The notes beneath the pieces were generated by a model. That model made no database searches and was not told the origin of the DNA. It saw only the letters and a list, made by a program, of their open reading frames with translations. From a bacterium (lineage in GTDB: Bacteria > Bdellovibrionota_C > UBA2361 > RFPC01), in contig RFPC01000005.1 in the NCBI GenBank assembly GCA_009926305.1, forward strand, positions 7,649 through 71,648: DNA of 64,000 nt, given 5' to 3'. This document shows, in pieces, positions 9,816 through 20,775 of the stretch (positions within the stretch are counted from its first letter, which is position 1; each line of letters begins with the position of its first letter). A program made the position numbers and the translations under genes.

Positions 9816-11006
9816 TTATGCCACATCGCGAGAAGATTGTGCCCGGACTTCCACTCGCCCCTCAAGGAGATCAGTAGTAGCAACTTGAGAGAGCTGCTTT
9901 ACGGCCGTTGCAAGATCCCGAAATGTTAATTGAGCCTGTGCCTTGACGGCTAATACATCTCCATCGGGAATACATCCATCTCTCACTCTTCTCTTTAGAG
10001 CAATCTGAAACATTCCAAGGCAATACCCCATATTATGTATATAGGCTCGAAAGTTGACATCCATCGGCGTCTCACTTGAAAGCGCGCTAAAATGTTCGTC
10101 TAACTGATAGGAGGTGTCTCGCAAACTCTCGAGCATTGCATTCGCTTGGATTGGGGGGCTTTCCCGCTTTGCTCGCCGTCCAAAACCAATCGGATCTGAC
10201 GGATGCTCACTGAGCATATCGATAAAACTCAACAAGTGTTGCACCATGCTCGATGCCGTCTTTTGAACTGCAGGGAGCACACATGCTCGAAGCTCCTCCT
10301 GACGCTCAAACATCCGAGTAAAGAGAGAATCTTCCTTTATACTGAGGATGAGTGTGCCTTTTTCGGATGCTAACGGATGAACGGCAAGCTCAGCCTGAAC
10401 TCGAGAACTCAAGAGTCGAGATGCCACCTCAAGTGCTCCTGTTGCAAGCACGGCACGTAACTCTAAAAGTTCAAACGCTAGCGGTTCAATATAATCATCC
10501 GCTATACAGCCCTGGTCATACGAAGCTTCCTCCATGATGCAAATCGCCTGTTCAAGCCGTTGATGGATATGCCCATACGCCTCGAGTTTGACCTCCTCTG
10601 GCTCAGCCGAGGCAAGCTCGCTCTCTAGGAGCATTTTCATCGCTCGCAGGGAACTGCTTAATGTATCGGTGATAACCTCTCGGTGCTCAGACTCATCAGA
10701 TGGTGGCACATGAAATCCAATCTTCTTGATCTCATCCACGCACTCATTTAAAAAAATCCCAATCACATCTCGTGTGGCAAATGCTGCTGTCGTAAAGTCT
10801 GTGAACGAATTTCGTATATTTGCTATTCCCTGAAGACGGGATTCCAGCACTCCTCGCCCCGCGACGATCTCAGCGCGCTGCTCGCTTGCCCCACGTGGTG
10901 TATCATTCATGGCGCTTGCAAGGGGCTCAGTCTTCGCCTGTTGGCTTTTACTACGAGATGCTTTTTGTGCTTTTTGCGTAGCCTCGCTACAATTTTCGTT
11001 TTTCAT
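9816..11006 (-). CDS. Hypothetical protein (K/S/Q-rich disordered N-terminus, otherwise helical; no recognisable domain)
   Basis: 396-aa ORF with coding-like composition. No motif recognised. Confidence 0.5.
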   Translation of the reverse strand: MKNENCSEATQKAQKASRSKSQQAKTEPLASAMNDTPRGASEQRAEIVAGRGVLESRLQGIANIRNSFTDFTTAAFATRDVIGIFLNECVDEIKKIGFHVPPSDESEHREVITDTLSSSLRAMKMLLESELASAEPEEVKLEAYGHIHQRLEQAICIMEEASYDQGCIADDYIEPLAFELLELRAVLATGALEVASRLLSSRVQAELAVHPLASEKGTLILSIKEDSLFTRMFERQEELRACVLPAVQKTASSMVQHLLSFIDMLSEHPSDPIGFGRRAKRESPPIQANAMLESLRDTSYQLDEHFSALSSETPMDVNFRAYIHNMGYCLGMFQIALKRRVRDGCIPDGDVLAVKAQAQLTFRDLATAVKQLSQVATTDLLEGRVEVRAQSSRDVA

Positions 11007-11035
11007 TCACTTACCTCAATACACACCATGTTGAC

Positions 11036-11329
11036 TTGACAGAGGCTGGAGTTAGAGATTCGAATCAAGACGTATCGATGACCGCTACTACTCCCTCACC
11101 TGCGAAAATCACGAAGCGTAAAAGCGTGAAGCTGTTGTTGAAAAAACTGGGAGGAACCTTCTCTTCTGGCACAGACGCGCTCAGGACTCATTCCAGTTCC
11201 GAGCAGAGAACTCCCCGATACCCGATGAGTGACACAGTAGAAAAACTTGAAAAAAACCTTGGACAACTCGCTTATTACGGAGCTTCCTGCTCGATTCAGA
11301 TGGCACAAGAGGCAAAAGGATGCGCGTAA
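11036..11329 (+). CDS. Hypothetical small protein
   Basis: 97-aa ORF divergent from the preceding gene. Weak support. Confidence 0.3.
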   Translation: MTEAGVRDSNQDVSMTATTPSPAKITKRKSVKLLLKKLGGTFSSGTDALRTHSSSEQRTPRYPMSDTVEKLEKNLGQLAYYGASCSIQMAQEAKGCA

Positions 11330-11478
11330 AATTCATATCCCACGGGACATCACCCTATAAATCCTGAAATAACTTGACCTAAAGGGGTAAAGATTAAATG
11401 ATAACAGTCGTTTATGGAGCTACTACCAGCACCATGGCAGACACAGCATGACAACTATTGTTGAGGGGGACGAGGGTC

Positions 11479-13080
11479 ATGGAAGGGAATGGTCTCAGCA
11501 AAAATGAGGGTCAAAACGATCATATCGCTCAGTGTGATTACGCACCCTACGTCACCCGACATCAAGAACTCCTCCAACAAGCCCTTCATCCGATTGATGC
11601 CAGCGCACTTGAACGACATATTGCGCGCGGGAAGCTCCCGGTTCGCACTCGTATTGATGAGTTGATAGATGCCGGAAGTGCATTTTTAGAACTTTCTCCT
11701 TTGGCAGGATACGAGCTCTACGGGGATATTCCTTCAGGAGCAGGAATCGTAACAGGAATTGGTCAGGTGATGGGACGACCCGTCATGATTATTGCAAATG
11801 ATGCGACTGTTAAGGGTGGTACGTATTTTCCAACAACGGTAAAAAAACACCTACGTGCTCAAGATATTGCTTTTGAGAATCGTCTTCCCTGCATTTACCT
11901 CGTTGATTCGGGTGGTGCTTATCTTCCAAAGCAAGACGAGGTCTTCCCCGATCGACTGCATTTTGGTCGCATCTTTTTCAACCAGGCGCGCTTGAGTGCG
12001 GAGCGCATTCCACAAATTGCATGCGTCATGGGTTCTTGTACAGCTGGGGGAGCCTACGTTCCAGCGATGTCCGATCAGGTAATTATGGTTGAGGAGCAAG
12101 GCACTATATTCCTAGGCGGCCCACCTCTCGTAAAAGCAGCAACAGGAGAGGAAGTGAGTGCGGAGGACCTCGGCGGCGCTCATGTTCATGGTACAATCAG
12201 TGGAGTCTCTGACTATACGGCCAAGGATGATTACGAGGCCCTCAAAATGGTTCGAGAACTCGTGATGCACTTTGAACCAGACTCTCGTTGGGAGATTCGT
12301 GCAAAATCAACCGCGCCTCTTCATTCTCCAACTCTTTTACCTACTCTTGTTCCAACCGATCGTAAAAAACCGTTTCCGATGCGTGAGGCTCTCGGGCACA
12401 TACTCGATGGTGGCTCACTTAGTGAATTTAAGCGAGATTTTGGGAATACGCTGATTACTGCCTTTGCACGCATCGAAGGATATCCTGTTGGCATAATAGC
12501 GAATGATGGAATTCTCTTCTCAGAGAGTGCGCAGAAGGGAGCCCATTTCATTGAGCTCTGCTGCCAGCGAAAGATTCCGCTGTTGTTCATCCAAAACATA
12601 GTGGGCTTCATGGTCGGCAAAGAGTACGAGCACGGAGGGATTGCGAAACATGGAGCAAAACTTGTTCATGCGGTAGCGAATGCGAAAGTGCCAAAACTTA
12701 CGGTGGTCGTTGGCGGCTCTTTTGGTGCGGGCAACTACGCCATGTGTGGCAGAGCGTATGATCCACGTTTCCTTTTCCTGTGGCCCAACGCTCAGACCTC
12801 TGTCATGGGTCCTGAACAAGCAGCAACAGTACTTACGAACGTAAAGCGAGACTCTTCCCTGAAGAAGAATGGAAAAGTAGATGAAAAGGCTCTCGATGCT
12901 TTTTCCCGTGAAATTTTAGAGCAATATGAACATCAAGCCGACGCTTATTATTCAACAGCGCGTCTTTGGGATGACGGAGTGATTCTTCCGCAAGATACCA
13001 GACGAGTCTTGAGTCTTGCCCTGGGCGTAGTCACGCGACATGAACCTGAAGAGAGCACGTTTGGCGTTTTTAGAATGTAG
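11479..13080 (+). CDS. Acyl-CoA carboxylase carboxyltransferase beta subunit (methylcrotonyl-/propionyl-CoA carboxylase family)
   Basis: Two carboxyltransferase halves. GAGGGGGA RBS 7 nt before ATG 11479; the TTG at 11458 is an alternative start. Confidence 0.88.
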   Translation: MEGNGLSKNEGQNDHIAQCDYAPYVTRHQELLQQALHPIDASALERHIARGKLPVRTRIDELIDAGSAFLELSPLAGYELYGDIPSGAGIVTGIGQVMGRPVMIIANDATVKGGTYFPTTVKKHLRAQDIAFENRLPCIYLVDSGGAYLPKQDEVFPDRLHFGRIFFNQARLSAERIPQIACVMGSCTAGGAYVPAMSDQVIMVEEQGTIFLGGPPLVKAATGEEVSAEDLGGAHVHGTISGVSDYTAKDDYEALKMVRELVMHFEPDSRWEIRAKSTAPLHSPTLLPTLVPTDRKKPFPMREALGHILDGGSLSEFKRDFGNTLITAFARIEGYPVGIIANDGILFSESAQKGAHFIELCCQRKIPLLFIQNIVGFMVGKEYEHGGIAKHGAKLVHAVANAKVPKLTVVVGGSFGAGNYAMCGRAYDPRFLFLWPNAQTSVMGPEQAATVLTNVKRDSSLKKNGKVDEKALDAFSREILEQYEHQADAYYSTARLWDDGVILPQDTRRVLSLALGVVTRHEPEESTFGVFRM

Positions 13081-13086
13081 GGATCC

Positions 13087-15144
13087 ATGACAGAGAAGAG
13101 ATATCAAAAAGTTCTGATAGCGAATCGGGGCGAAATCGCAAGGCGCATAGCAAGGACACTTCGCCATGAGCAGCGCTCTGCAATCGGCCTGGCCTCCATT
13201 TATGATCCGAGTGCAGGCCATATTCATTGTTGCGACGAGTCAATTCTGCTTGATGAGCCAAACATCGCTCGTGTTTTTCTTCATCCGGAGATAATTATCA
13301 ATGCGGCTCGTGAAGCAGGCGCCGATGCAATTCATCCAGGATACGGATTCCTTTCTGAATCCTCAGAACTTGCCCAAGCGTGCAACAATGCTGGGATAGC
13401 ATTCATCGGGCCGACACCTGAACTTCTGTCTCTCTTTGGCGATAAGGCGAAAACGAAAGAGAGAGCGAAAACGCTGGGAATTCCGGTAGTCGAAACACAC
13501 TGCGTCGAGCCAAGCACCCTGAAGCAGTTTCTTAAAAAGACAAAAGACACGAAGAGTCTCAACTATCCTCTATTGATTAAGGCACGGGGCGGCGGAGGCG
13601 GCAGAGGAATGCGACTCGTGCAATCCTTCGAAGAATTCGAGCCCGCCGTTGCTTCGGCAAGCAGAGAGGCTGAGAAATTCTTTGGTGATGGAACACTCCT
13701 TATCGAGCCCTTCTTGAAGAGCATCAAGCATATAGAAGTACAGATAGCTGGTGACATCAAGGGGCACGTGGTTCACCTGCACGAGAGAGAGTGCTCTGCC
13801 CAACGAAACTACCAGAAAATTCTTGAAGAAGCTCCCTCCCAAGGTATCTCTGAAAATCTTCGGCAAGCCTTATTTAAGGATGCAATCCGACTCTTTGAAA
13901 AACTCAAATATCAGGGATTAGCTACCGTTGAATTTCTGGTTACTGAAGACGAGAGCCACTACTTCACTGAGGTGAATCCACGACTACAAGTAGAACATAC
14001 GGTTACTGAGGAAATTTTAGATATTGATCTTGTTTCGCTCCAGCTTCACCTTGCTGAGGGCAAATCGCTAAAAAGCTATTCAAAGCCGCTAGAGAATCTC
14101 ACTCCTTCAGGTCACGCAATTCAAGCTCGAATCAACGCCGAAAGCTCAATCGACTTCTTGCCGCAAACTGGAACACTCCTGGAATGCATATTTCCTAATC
14201 AGTTGCGTCCACTGAGAGTAGAGAGCGCGGTAACAAGAGATTCCTCAGTGACATCGGACTACGATTCGCTGATAGCAAAGTGCATTCAACACGGCGAATC
14301 AAGGAGAAACGCGACAACCGCCTTGATTCAAAATCTACAGAGTGCCCGCATATTCGGTGTGGAAACGAATATTCCTTTCTTGCTCAAAGTTCTAAAAACC
14401 CCTGCGTGGCAAGATGCCTCTTATACAACCGATATTACCAAAGTAGTGCAAGAAGCTACTCCCTCGGTACATGCCCTGGTGCTCCAGAATGGGATAGCGG
14501 CAATTCTTTCTCTTTATAAAAGCCATCAAGGAATTCAAGAGGTCGTAGGCGGATCCTCATGGAATGAAAAAGATGGCTTTCGTTCGGCTGGTATATCGAC
14601 CCGTTCCTTTGTAGTAGAGTGCAAAGGGATCGCTGCTGAAATCACAGTTCATCAAAATACTCGCGAAACGTTTCACATATTACACGAGGACCGGTCGTAC
14701 GAGGTTTCGATCACACCAATCATTACGGAGACAACAGCAGTAGCTGAACCTCTCCTTATCCGCGAGTATGATTTGACGATTGATGGCATACACTCCAGGG
14801 TAAGAGTCGTTCCTCTTCAGAGAGACAAGAGAATTGATGAGCTGTTTTGGGTTGAGAGTGAAGCTTTTAGTTCCTTGATTACCCTCTCGCGTCCAGCACT
14901 CCGACAAGAAAAATCAGGCGCCAGTGCGAGCACACGAAATATTACCTCACCTCTCCCAGGAAAGGTGCTTCGATTATTGGCGGATGTTGGGCAATCCATC
15001 AATGCTGGAGAGCCGCTCATTCTCCTTGAATCAATGAAAATGGAGCATACGGTTAATAGTCAGTCAAAAGGTTCAGTTGAACGACTAGAAGTATCCGAAG
15101 GAGACGTGGTGAGCTCAGGGCAACTCTTAGCGACTATTGCGTAA
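13087..15144 (+). CDS. Acyl-CoA carboxylase alpha subunit (biotin carboxylase fused to BCCP biotinyl domain)
   Basis: N-terminal KVLIANRGEIA biotin carboxylase with ATP-grasp, and a C-terminal EAMKM-type biotinylation motif (LESMKMEH). Confidence 0.9.
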   Translation: MTEKRYQKVLIANRGEIARRIARTLRHEQRSAIGLASIYDPSAGHIHCCDESILLDEPNIARVFLHPEIIINAAREAGADAIHPGYGFLSESSELAQACNNAGIAFIGPTPELLSLFGDKAKTKERAKTLGIPVVETHCVEPSTLKQFLKKTKDTKSLNYPLLIKARGGGGGRGMRLVQSFEEFEPAVASASREAEKFFGDGTLLIEPFLKSIKHIEVQIAGDIKGHVVHLHERECSAQRNYQKILEEAPSQGISENLRQALFKDAIRLFEKLKYQGLATVEFLVTEDESHYFTEVNPRLQVEHTVTEEILDIDLVSLQLHLAEGKSLKSYSKPLENLTPSGHAIQARINAESSIDFLPQTGTLLECIFPNQLRPLRVESAVTRDSSVTSDYDSLIAKCIQHGESRRNATTALIQNLQSARIFGVETNIPFLLKVLKTPAWQDASYTTDITKVVQEATPSVHALVLQNGIAAILSLYKSHQGIQEVVGGSSWNEKDGFRSAGISTRSFVVECKGIAAEITVHQNTRETFHILHEDRSYEVSITPIITETTAVAEPLLIREYDLTIDGIHSRVRVVPLQRDKRIDELFWVESEAFSSLITLSRPALRQEKSGASASTRNITSPLPGKVLRLLADVGQSINAGEPLILLESMKMEHTVNSQSKGSVERLEVSEGDVVSSGQLLATIA

Positions 15145-15200
15145 AGCATGTTAGGGTAACGGTTGTGAGATGACGATGACCATAAAGGAGGTATTCGGGA

Positions 15201-16619
15201 GTGTTAGCATTAGAGATGACTAAAGAATCAACTATTTCTCATACATCAGAGGACAATACCCACCTTGATTGCTCTCTTCTGGAAAAAGAGGTAAAGGTAT
15301 TTGGTCAAGAAATATTTCGCCAGATTACAAGAGATAAGCCATCGGTCCTGAATTCAAAGTTCTGGACAAGCAAAATCATGCAATGGTCAATGCAATTCCA
15401 GCGTTTCAAAACAGATATGTTTCGACTCGTTGATGTACTGCCCTCACTCTCTTCGAGCAACTCCGTTACTGCCCATGTCTCCGAGTATCTCGGAGAGTCT
15501 GCAAGGGAGATTCATCCAGTCATCGGGTGGGGAGTAAAAGCGAGTCCCGGCTCTTTGCGAGGCAAACTGATCTCGCTGACAGTGCAAAAAAGTGTCTATC
15601 AAATGGCAAAACAATTCATCGCAGGGGATTCCCCAGAAAATGCTCTGAGAGAGCTAAAGCGGCTTAGGGGTTCTCAGCTCGCCTTTACAGTAGACCTTCT
15701 CGGTGAATACTGCGTTAGTGAGCAAGAGGCGCTCGATTACTTCGAACGATATCGAAAAGCGATGGAAGTTTTTGGGGAGCACGTCCCCACCTGGGACTCA
15801 TCAAAGCCTATTCTTGAGGATCACCCTGGAGAGCGAACTCCAGTGTGCGTATCAGTGAAGCTCTCTGCTCTCTACTCTCAGTGCTATGCACTCAACTATA
15901 GAAAAAGTGTTGATATACTCACTGAGCGACTCTCTGAACTTGTTCGAGTAGCCAAACAAAAAAACGTTCAGGTGTACTGTGATGCAGAAGACACAAGCCA
16001 TAACCCGATCATTTATGCGGTTTTTAGAAATGTATTCGGAAGTCCTGAATTTCAAGATTATCCGTATCCGGGAATAGTAATTCAGGCATATGCTCGTGAT
16101 TCGTTCGCTCTTGCTGAAGACATGCTGGAATTTGCGAGAAAGCGGGGGGCACCCATTGCAGTGCGTCTTGTAAAAGGCGCTTATTGGGATTCGGAGACAG
16201 TCTCCTGCTCGCAGAAAAGCTGGGAAAATCCCTTGTTCACAAAAAAATCGGATTCCGATCGGAACTTTGAGCGAATTACCGAGCTATTACTAGACAATAC
16301 TGAGTTATGCCTTCCAGCTTTCGGCTCGCATAATATTCGCTCGCTATCACACGCATGTATGTATGCGAAACATAAAGGAGTAACCACAAAACAATACGAG
16401 CTGCAGATGTTATACGGAATGGCCGAACCAATCGCTCGAGCATTCCAACACAGCGGGCAACTCGTAAGGCTCTATGTTCCACTGGGAGAGCTCATTCCAG
16501 GCATGGGGTATCTCGTACGACGACTATTGGAGAATACATCAAACGAATCATTTCTCCGTCATACCTTTTTCGATGAACATGCCATCGATACCCTTTTACG
16601 AGCACCACAAGATTCATAG
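15201..16619 (+). CDS. Monofunctional proline dehydrogenase (PutA-type PRODH domain)
   Basis: VSVKLSALY PRODH signature. AAGGAGG RBS 9 nt before the GTG start. Confidence 0.8.
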   Translation: MLALEMTKESTISHTSEDNTHLDCSLLEKEVKVFGQEIFRQITRDKPSVLNSKFWTSKIMQWSMQFQRFKTDMFRLVDVLPSLSSSNSVTAHVSEYLGESAREIHPVIGWGVKASPGSLRGKLISLTVQKSVYQMAKQFIAGDSPENALRELKRLRGSQLAFTVDLLGEYCVSEQEALDYFERYRKAMEVFGEHVPTWDSSKPILEDHPGERTPVCVSVKLSALYSQCYALNYRKSVDILTERLSELVRVAKQKNVQVYCDAEDTSHNPIIYAVFRNVFGSPEFQDYPYPGIVIQAYARDSFALAEDMLEFARKRGAPIAVRLVKGAYWDSETVSCSQKSWENPLFTKKSDSDRNFERITELLLDNTELCLPAFGSHNIRSLSHACMYAKHKGVTTKQYELQMLYGMAEPIARAFQHSGQLVRLYVPLGELIPGMGYLVRRLLENTSNESFLRHTFFDEHAIDTLLRAPQDS

Positions 16620-16637
16620 CAATGAAGGAGATGCGTT

Positions 16638-18233
16638 ATGTCACTTAATGATTTTCGAAATGAGCCTGTGCTTGACTTTTCACTCCCAGAAGAAGTTGAG
16701 GCTTTTGGAATAGCCCTGACTACAATAGGTGCGAAAGCAAGCCGTGGGGAGCTGAAAGCAATTCCAATCATTGGGGGCAAAGAGCGGAAAGAAAACACAA
16801 CGCTCGGAAAGAGCTTAAATCCCTCATACAGCGATCAAGTACTCGGGGAGGTTTATTTCGCATCAATTTCTCAAGCATCCGAAGCAATCACACTGCTTTC
16901 CGCAGGGCAAAAACAGTGGGCTGAAACGAGCTTTGAATATCGGGCTGACCTCATTCGCAAACTCGCGGCTGGAATGCGAGCAGAGCGCAGGGAGCTTGCT
17001 GCTCTCATGGTACTGGAAGCAGGTAAGCCGTGGGGAGAAGCCGATGCGGATGTGTGCGAAGCGATTGACTTTTGTGACTACTACGCTGAACTCGCCGCTG
17101 AAATGGCAAAACCACAACACTTGATGCCTTTCTTGAATGGAGAAACCAATCACTATTCGTACGCACCCCGAGGTGTGTCGGTAGTGATTTCTCCTTGGAA
17201 CTTTCCTCTCGCTATTGCAGCAGGAATGACTGTTGCTTCCCTGATATGTGGGAATACGACAGTGCTCAAGCCTGCCGAACAGACATCACTTATCGGAGCT
17301 GAACTCGCTCGCCTTATCTACCAAGCAGGGATACCAGAATCTGCTTTTGCATTCCTCCCTGGGATTGGAGAAGAAGTGGGCGCATATCTTGTTCAGCATG
17401 AAGAAGTGCATCTTGTCTGTTTTACGGGATCGCGACAGGTAGGGCTCGAGATCCTACAGAATACATCTCGAGTAACACCAGAACAGCGACATATTAAGAA
17501 AGTAATTCTTGAGCTGGGAGGGAAAAATACGATTATAGTCGATGATGATGCTGACTTCGATGAAGCGGTCAAGGGTGTGCTGTATTCAGCCTTCGGTTTT
17601 GCTGGACAGAAATGCTCTGCCTGCTCAAGAGTCATCGTGTTACAGGATGCTTATGAGCGATTCACAGAACGGCTCATAGAGGCAGCACAGGCTCTGATTG
17701 TTGCTCCAGCTGAACAGCCTGAGGCATTTTTAGGTCCACTGATCGACGCTGAAAGCCAGAGCCGCGTTCGCAGGCTGATAGAAGAACGAAAAGCGCATCT
17801 CAGCCTTGGTTGCATAGGAGAGTGCCCAGATTCAGGGTTCTTTACGCCAGTAACTATTTTTCGAGATGTTCCAACAACGGATCCACTCTGGCGTGAAGAA
17901 GCATTCGCTCCTGTTCTCTGCATTCGCTCTGCTGACTCATTTGAAGAGGCACTCGCAATGGCGAATGATTCAGACTATGCACTCACTGGAGGTGTGTATA
18001 CCCGCAGTCCATCCCATCTTGAGCGAGCACGCGCTGCGTTCGAAGTGGGGAACCTATACCTGAACCGAGGTATCACTGGAGCAATAGTCGGACGGCAACC
18101 CTTTGGTGGATTCCGTCTTTCTGGTATCGGGTCTAAAGCTGGTGGTCCAGACTATCTCCTTCAGTTTGTAGAGCCACGAACAATTACGGAAAACACGATG
18201 CGTAAGGGATTCACTCCAGAGCTCGCTGATTAA
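16638..18233 (+). CDS. Delta-1-pyrroline-5-carboxylate dehydrogenase (ALDH family)
   Basis: ELGGKN...FGFAGQKCSACSR catalytic Glu/Cys context. GAAGGAG RBS present. Sits immediately downstream of PRODH. Confidence 0.88.
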   Translation: MSLNDFRNEPVLDFSLPEEVEAFGIALTTIGAKASRGELKAIPIIGGKERKENTTLGKSLNPSYSDQVLGEVYFASISQASEAITLLSAGQKQWAETSFEYRADLIRKLAAGMRAERRELAALMVLEAGKPWGEADADVCEAIDFCDYYAELAAEMAKPQHLMPFLNGETNHYSYAPRGVSVVISPWNFPLAIAAGMTVASLICGNTTVLKPAEQTSLIGAELARLIYQAGIPESAFAFLPGIGEEVGAYLVQHEEVHLVCFTGSRQVGLEILQNTSRVTPEQRHIKKVILELGGKNTIIVDDDADFDEAVKGVLYSAFGFAGQKCSACSRVIVLQDAYERFTERLIEAAQALIVAPAEQPEAFLGPLIDAESQSRVRRLIEERKAHLSLGCIGECPDSGFFTPVTIFRDVPTTDPLWREEAFAPVLCIRSADSFEEALAMANDSDYALTGGVYTRSPSHLERARAAFEVGNLYLNRGITGAIVGRQPFGGFRLSGIGSKAGGPDYLLQFVEPRTITENTMRKGFTPELAD

Positions 18234-18588
18234 AAGATAAAGAACGAGGCGCTGCGCTCAAACGCCCTCAAAAGGGGAGGCTGTATACCAGCTCTCCCCC
18301 GCGTCGTTGGACTCAATATTTGTCTTGCTTCTGACGGTACGTCACACGGTGTTGCCCTATACCGCTGAAGCCACTGAGCGGCTAAGAAGGGTCCGTGTTC
18401 CCGAGGCAGCCATCGGAGCCACCCTACCCTATTGATATCACTAGCTTTATCTGCGCTTTCTTGGCAACAACTCTTCCTAAAGCTCTTCGAGATATCGGTC
18501 GATCTAAAAGAGGGAACGTTTTCGAGTGGTTACAATTCCCTCTGGAATCCCACTGAGAGCAGAGGAAGACCCGGCAAGAAACCGCGTG

Positions 18589-20775
18589 ATGAATAAAAAG
18601 AATCAAAAAAACACCGTGGCGCACAGGGAGAAAGATGTCTCTCAGCAACCAACAAGCCAAGCGTCTTTCAATGGTGCTATCTCAAACATTCTTCAAGCAA
18701 TTTCTGACGGAAAAGCAGCAACAGAAATTTATGCCCAGATTGCCTCGCACCTTATCTCACGATCTCATGCCACAGGAGTATGTGTTTATGTGAAAGGCTC
18801 CGAAACAGGAACAAACGCGGAGAGTGTCTACTCTACTGGCGTTCTTGATTATCAAAAACCATTGATCACCGAGACTGAATCGCTGCAAAAACAGAGACCA
18901 CCACATTATGTTTTCCCTTTGTATCACGGAGACGAATGGATCGGTGCTGTAGTGATCCAGAGTTCAGAGGAATTGAAGACTGATACTCTCACCCCTCTCA
19001 TTCAGTGCTGTTCAACGGCTTACATCCATAAAAAGTCATGGGCAGAGAATCAGCATCTTCAAGAGAGGTTACAAATCCTGAATTCCCTCAATGAGATTCT
19101 TATCCACAACACGGGCCTTGAACGGCTCATGAAAGGTTTGGTCCGTGAAAGCGCCTTTAACTTTTCAGCGGACATCTCGGTTATCTATCTCTGTAATCCT
19201 CTGCAAAATTCACTCGAACTTACGGGTGCCTATGGCTGCAATCCCAAACAGATTCCGTCGACCATATCACAACATGAAGGGCTTATTGGACAGGTGATGA
19301 GCACAGGAGGTCAACTCAGTATTAGCGATCTCACAAAACATAAGAATCATAAGATCAATTATCTTCAAAAACTAGGAGTTCTATCACTCCATATATGCTG
19401 TCTTGAGGTACAAGAGAAAATTCTGGGAACAATGATTGTCGGATTTCGCCGGCAACATGCTTATGATGCTCAAGAGGTCATTCGATTCGAAGAATTCTGT
19501 AGGGGCACCGCCCTTGCGATTAGCAACAGCATCGCTCAAACACAACTCAAAGCGTATACAGAAAGACTTGAAGAGCTCGTAGAAAAAAGGACGGCTGAAT
19601 TAGAAATTCAAACCGATAAAGCGAAGCAAGCAAACGAGGCAAAGTCTCACTTCCTTGCAAATATGACTCATGAGCTACGTACTCCAATAACGGCTATTCT
19701 TGGATACTCAAGCATAATGAATGATGAAATATTAGGAGAGGTCACCCCGCAACAACGGGAAGGGCTTTCTGCAATCATTCGATCCAGTGAACATCTCAAA
19801 AGCCTTATTGATGACGTCCTCAATCTTGCGCGGGTGGAAGCTGGCAAGGAAGAGGCTAAGATCGTTCCCCTCTCACTTCGTGAAATGCTAGAAAATGCGT
19901 ATCAGCTCATGAAACAAAGTGCTTTTGAAAAAGGAGTTACGTTACGAGACCTCGACTTGTCTGAGGAGCTAAGCGACTTGGAGTTCTTGTGTGATCGTAA
20001 GCATTTTCAACAGATTCTCATAAACCTCGTTTCTAATGCTATTAAATATACTCCAGCAGGAGGTAGCGCCTGGATTGAGGCACGACAAGTCGAGGAAATG
20101 ATTGAGATATCAGTGCATGACACTGGTGTGGGACTAAGCGATCAAGAGAAGTCAGATATATTTGAACGGTTTAACCGAACTGGAAATCCATATAGCCAGC
20201 AACAGGTGGGAACTGGGCTTGGGCTAGCCCTAACCAAAAAGCTCGTAGAGCTCAATATGGGAGAGATTCGAGCCGAAGACAATCCTGGCGGCGGTTCACG
20301 TTTCATACTCACCTATCCGACAAGCCACAGCCACTATCAAGCAAGTGAGACAGAGAATCCTGAAGCTCAAGCCATGACGAAACTTGATGGGCTCTCGATT
20401 TTGGTTGTTGATGATCATAGCGACACAAGAAATATTCTAGAGAATATTTTACATGCAGCTGGTGCAATCGTAGAGGTCAGAGAAACGGTCGATTCTGCTC
20501 GACAGGTACTCAAAGATTTCCAGCCAGATGTCCTGCTTACTGAGATTTCGATGCCAGGAGAAAGTGGCCTTGAGCTCATAAAATTTGTTCGAGCAGCAGG
20601 AGAGGACTCACGCCAAATCCCGATCGTTGTCTTAAGCTCTCGAGCCTTTGATACTGATCAACTCGCCGCCTTCGGTGCCGGAGCAAACGCATTCTACCCA
20701 AAGCCTTTTCGACCTAACGATCTCCTTGAGGTTATTCGGGAATTGACCCTCCAATATGCAATCACAGAAGGATAA
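18589..20775 (+). CDS. Hybrid sensor histidine kinase (GAF-like N-terminal domains, HisKA, HATPase_c, C-terminal receiver)
   Basis: H-box HELRTP, G-box GTGLGLAL, and a receiver with the LVVDDH...D(V)LLTE...PIVVLS pattern. An upstream GTG at 18526 is an alternative start. Confidence 0.85.
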   Translation: MNKKNQKNTVAHREKDVSQQPTSQASFNGAISNILQAISDGKAATEIYAQIASHLISRSHATGVCVYVKGSETGTNAESVYSTGVLDYQKPLITETESLQKQRPPHYVFPLYHGDEWIGAVVIQSSEELKTDTLTPLIQCCSTAYIHKKSWAENQHLQERLQILNSLNEILIHNTGLERLMKGLVRESAFNFSADISVIYLCNPLQNSLELTGAYGCNPKQIPSTISQHEGLIGQVMSTGGQLSISDLTKHKNHKINYLQKLGVLSLHICCLEVQEKILGTMIVGFRRQHAYDAQEVIRFEEFCRGTALAISNSIAQTQLKAYTERLEELVEKRTAELEIQTDKAKQANEAKSHFLANMTHELRTPITAILGYSSIMNDEILGEVTPQQREGLSAIIRSSEHLKSLIDDVLNLARVEAGKEEAKIVPLSLREMLENAYQLMKQSAFEKGVTLRDLDLSEELSDLEFLCDRKHFQQILINLVSNAIKYTPAGGSAWIEARQVEEMIEISVHDTGVGLSDQEKSDIFERFNRTGNPYSQQQVGTGLGLALTKKLVELNMGEIRAEDNPGGGSRFILTYPTSHSHYQASETENPEAQAMTKLDGLSILVVDDHSDTRNILENILHAAGAIVEVRETVDSARQVLKDFQPDVLLTEISMPGESGLELIKFVRAAGEDSRQIPIVVLSSRAFDTDQLAAFGAGANAFYPKPFRPNDLLEVIRELTLQYAITEG

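Noticed and set aside
18234-18300. Rho-independent terminator after the P5C dehydrogenase gene
   Set aside because: An imperfect GGGGAGGCTG...CAGCTCTCCCC hairpin exists but is not followed by a T-tract. Not annotated.
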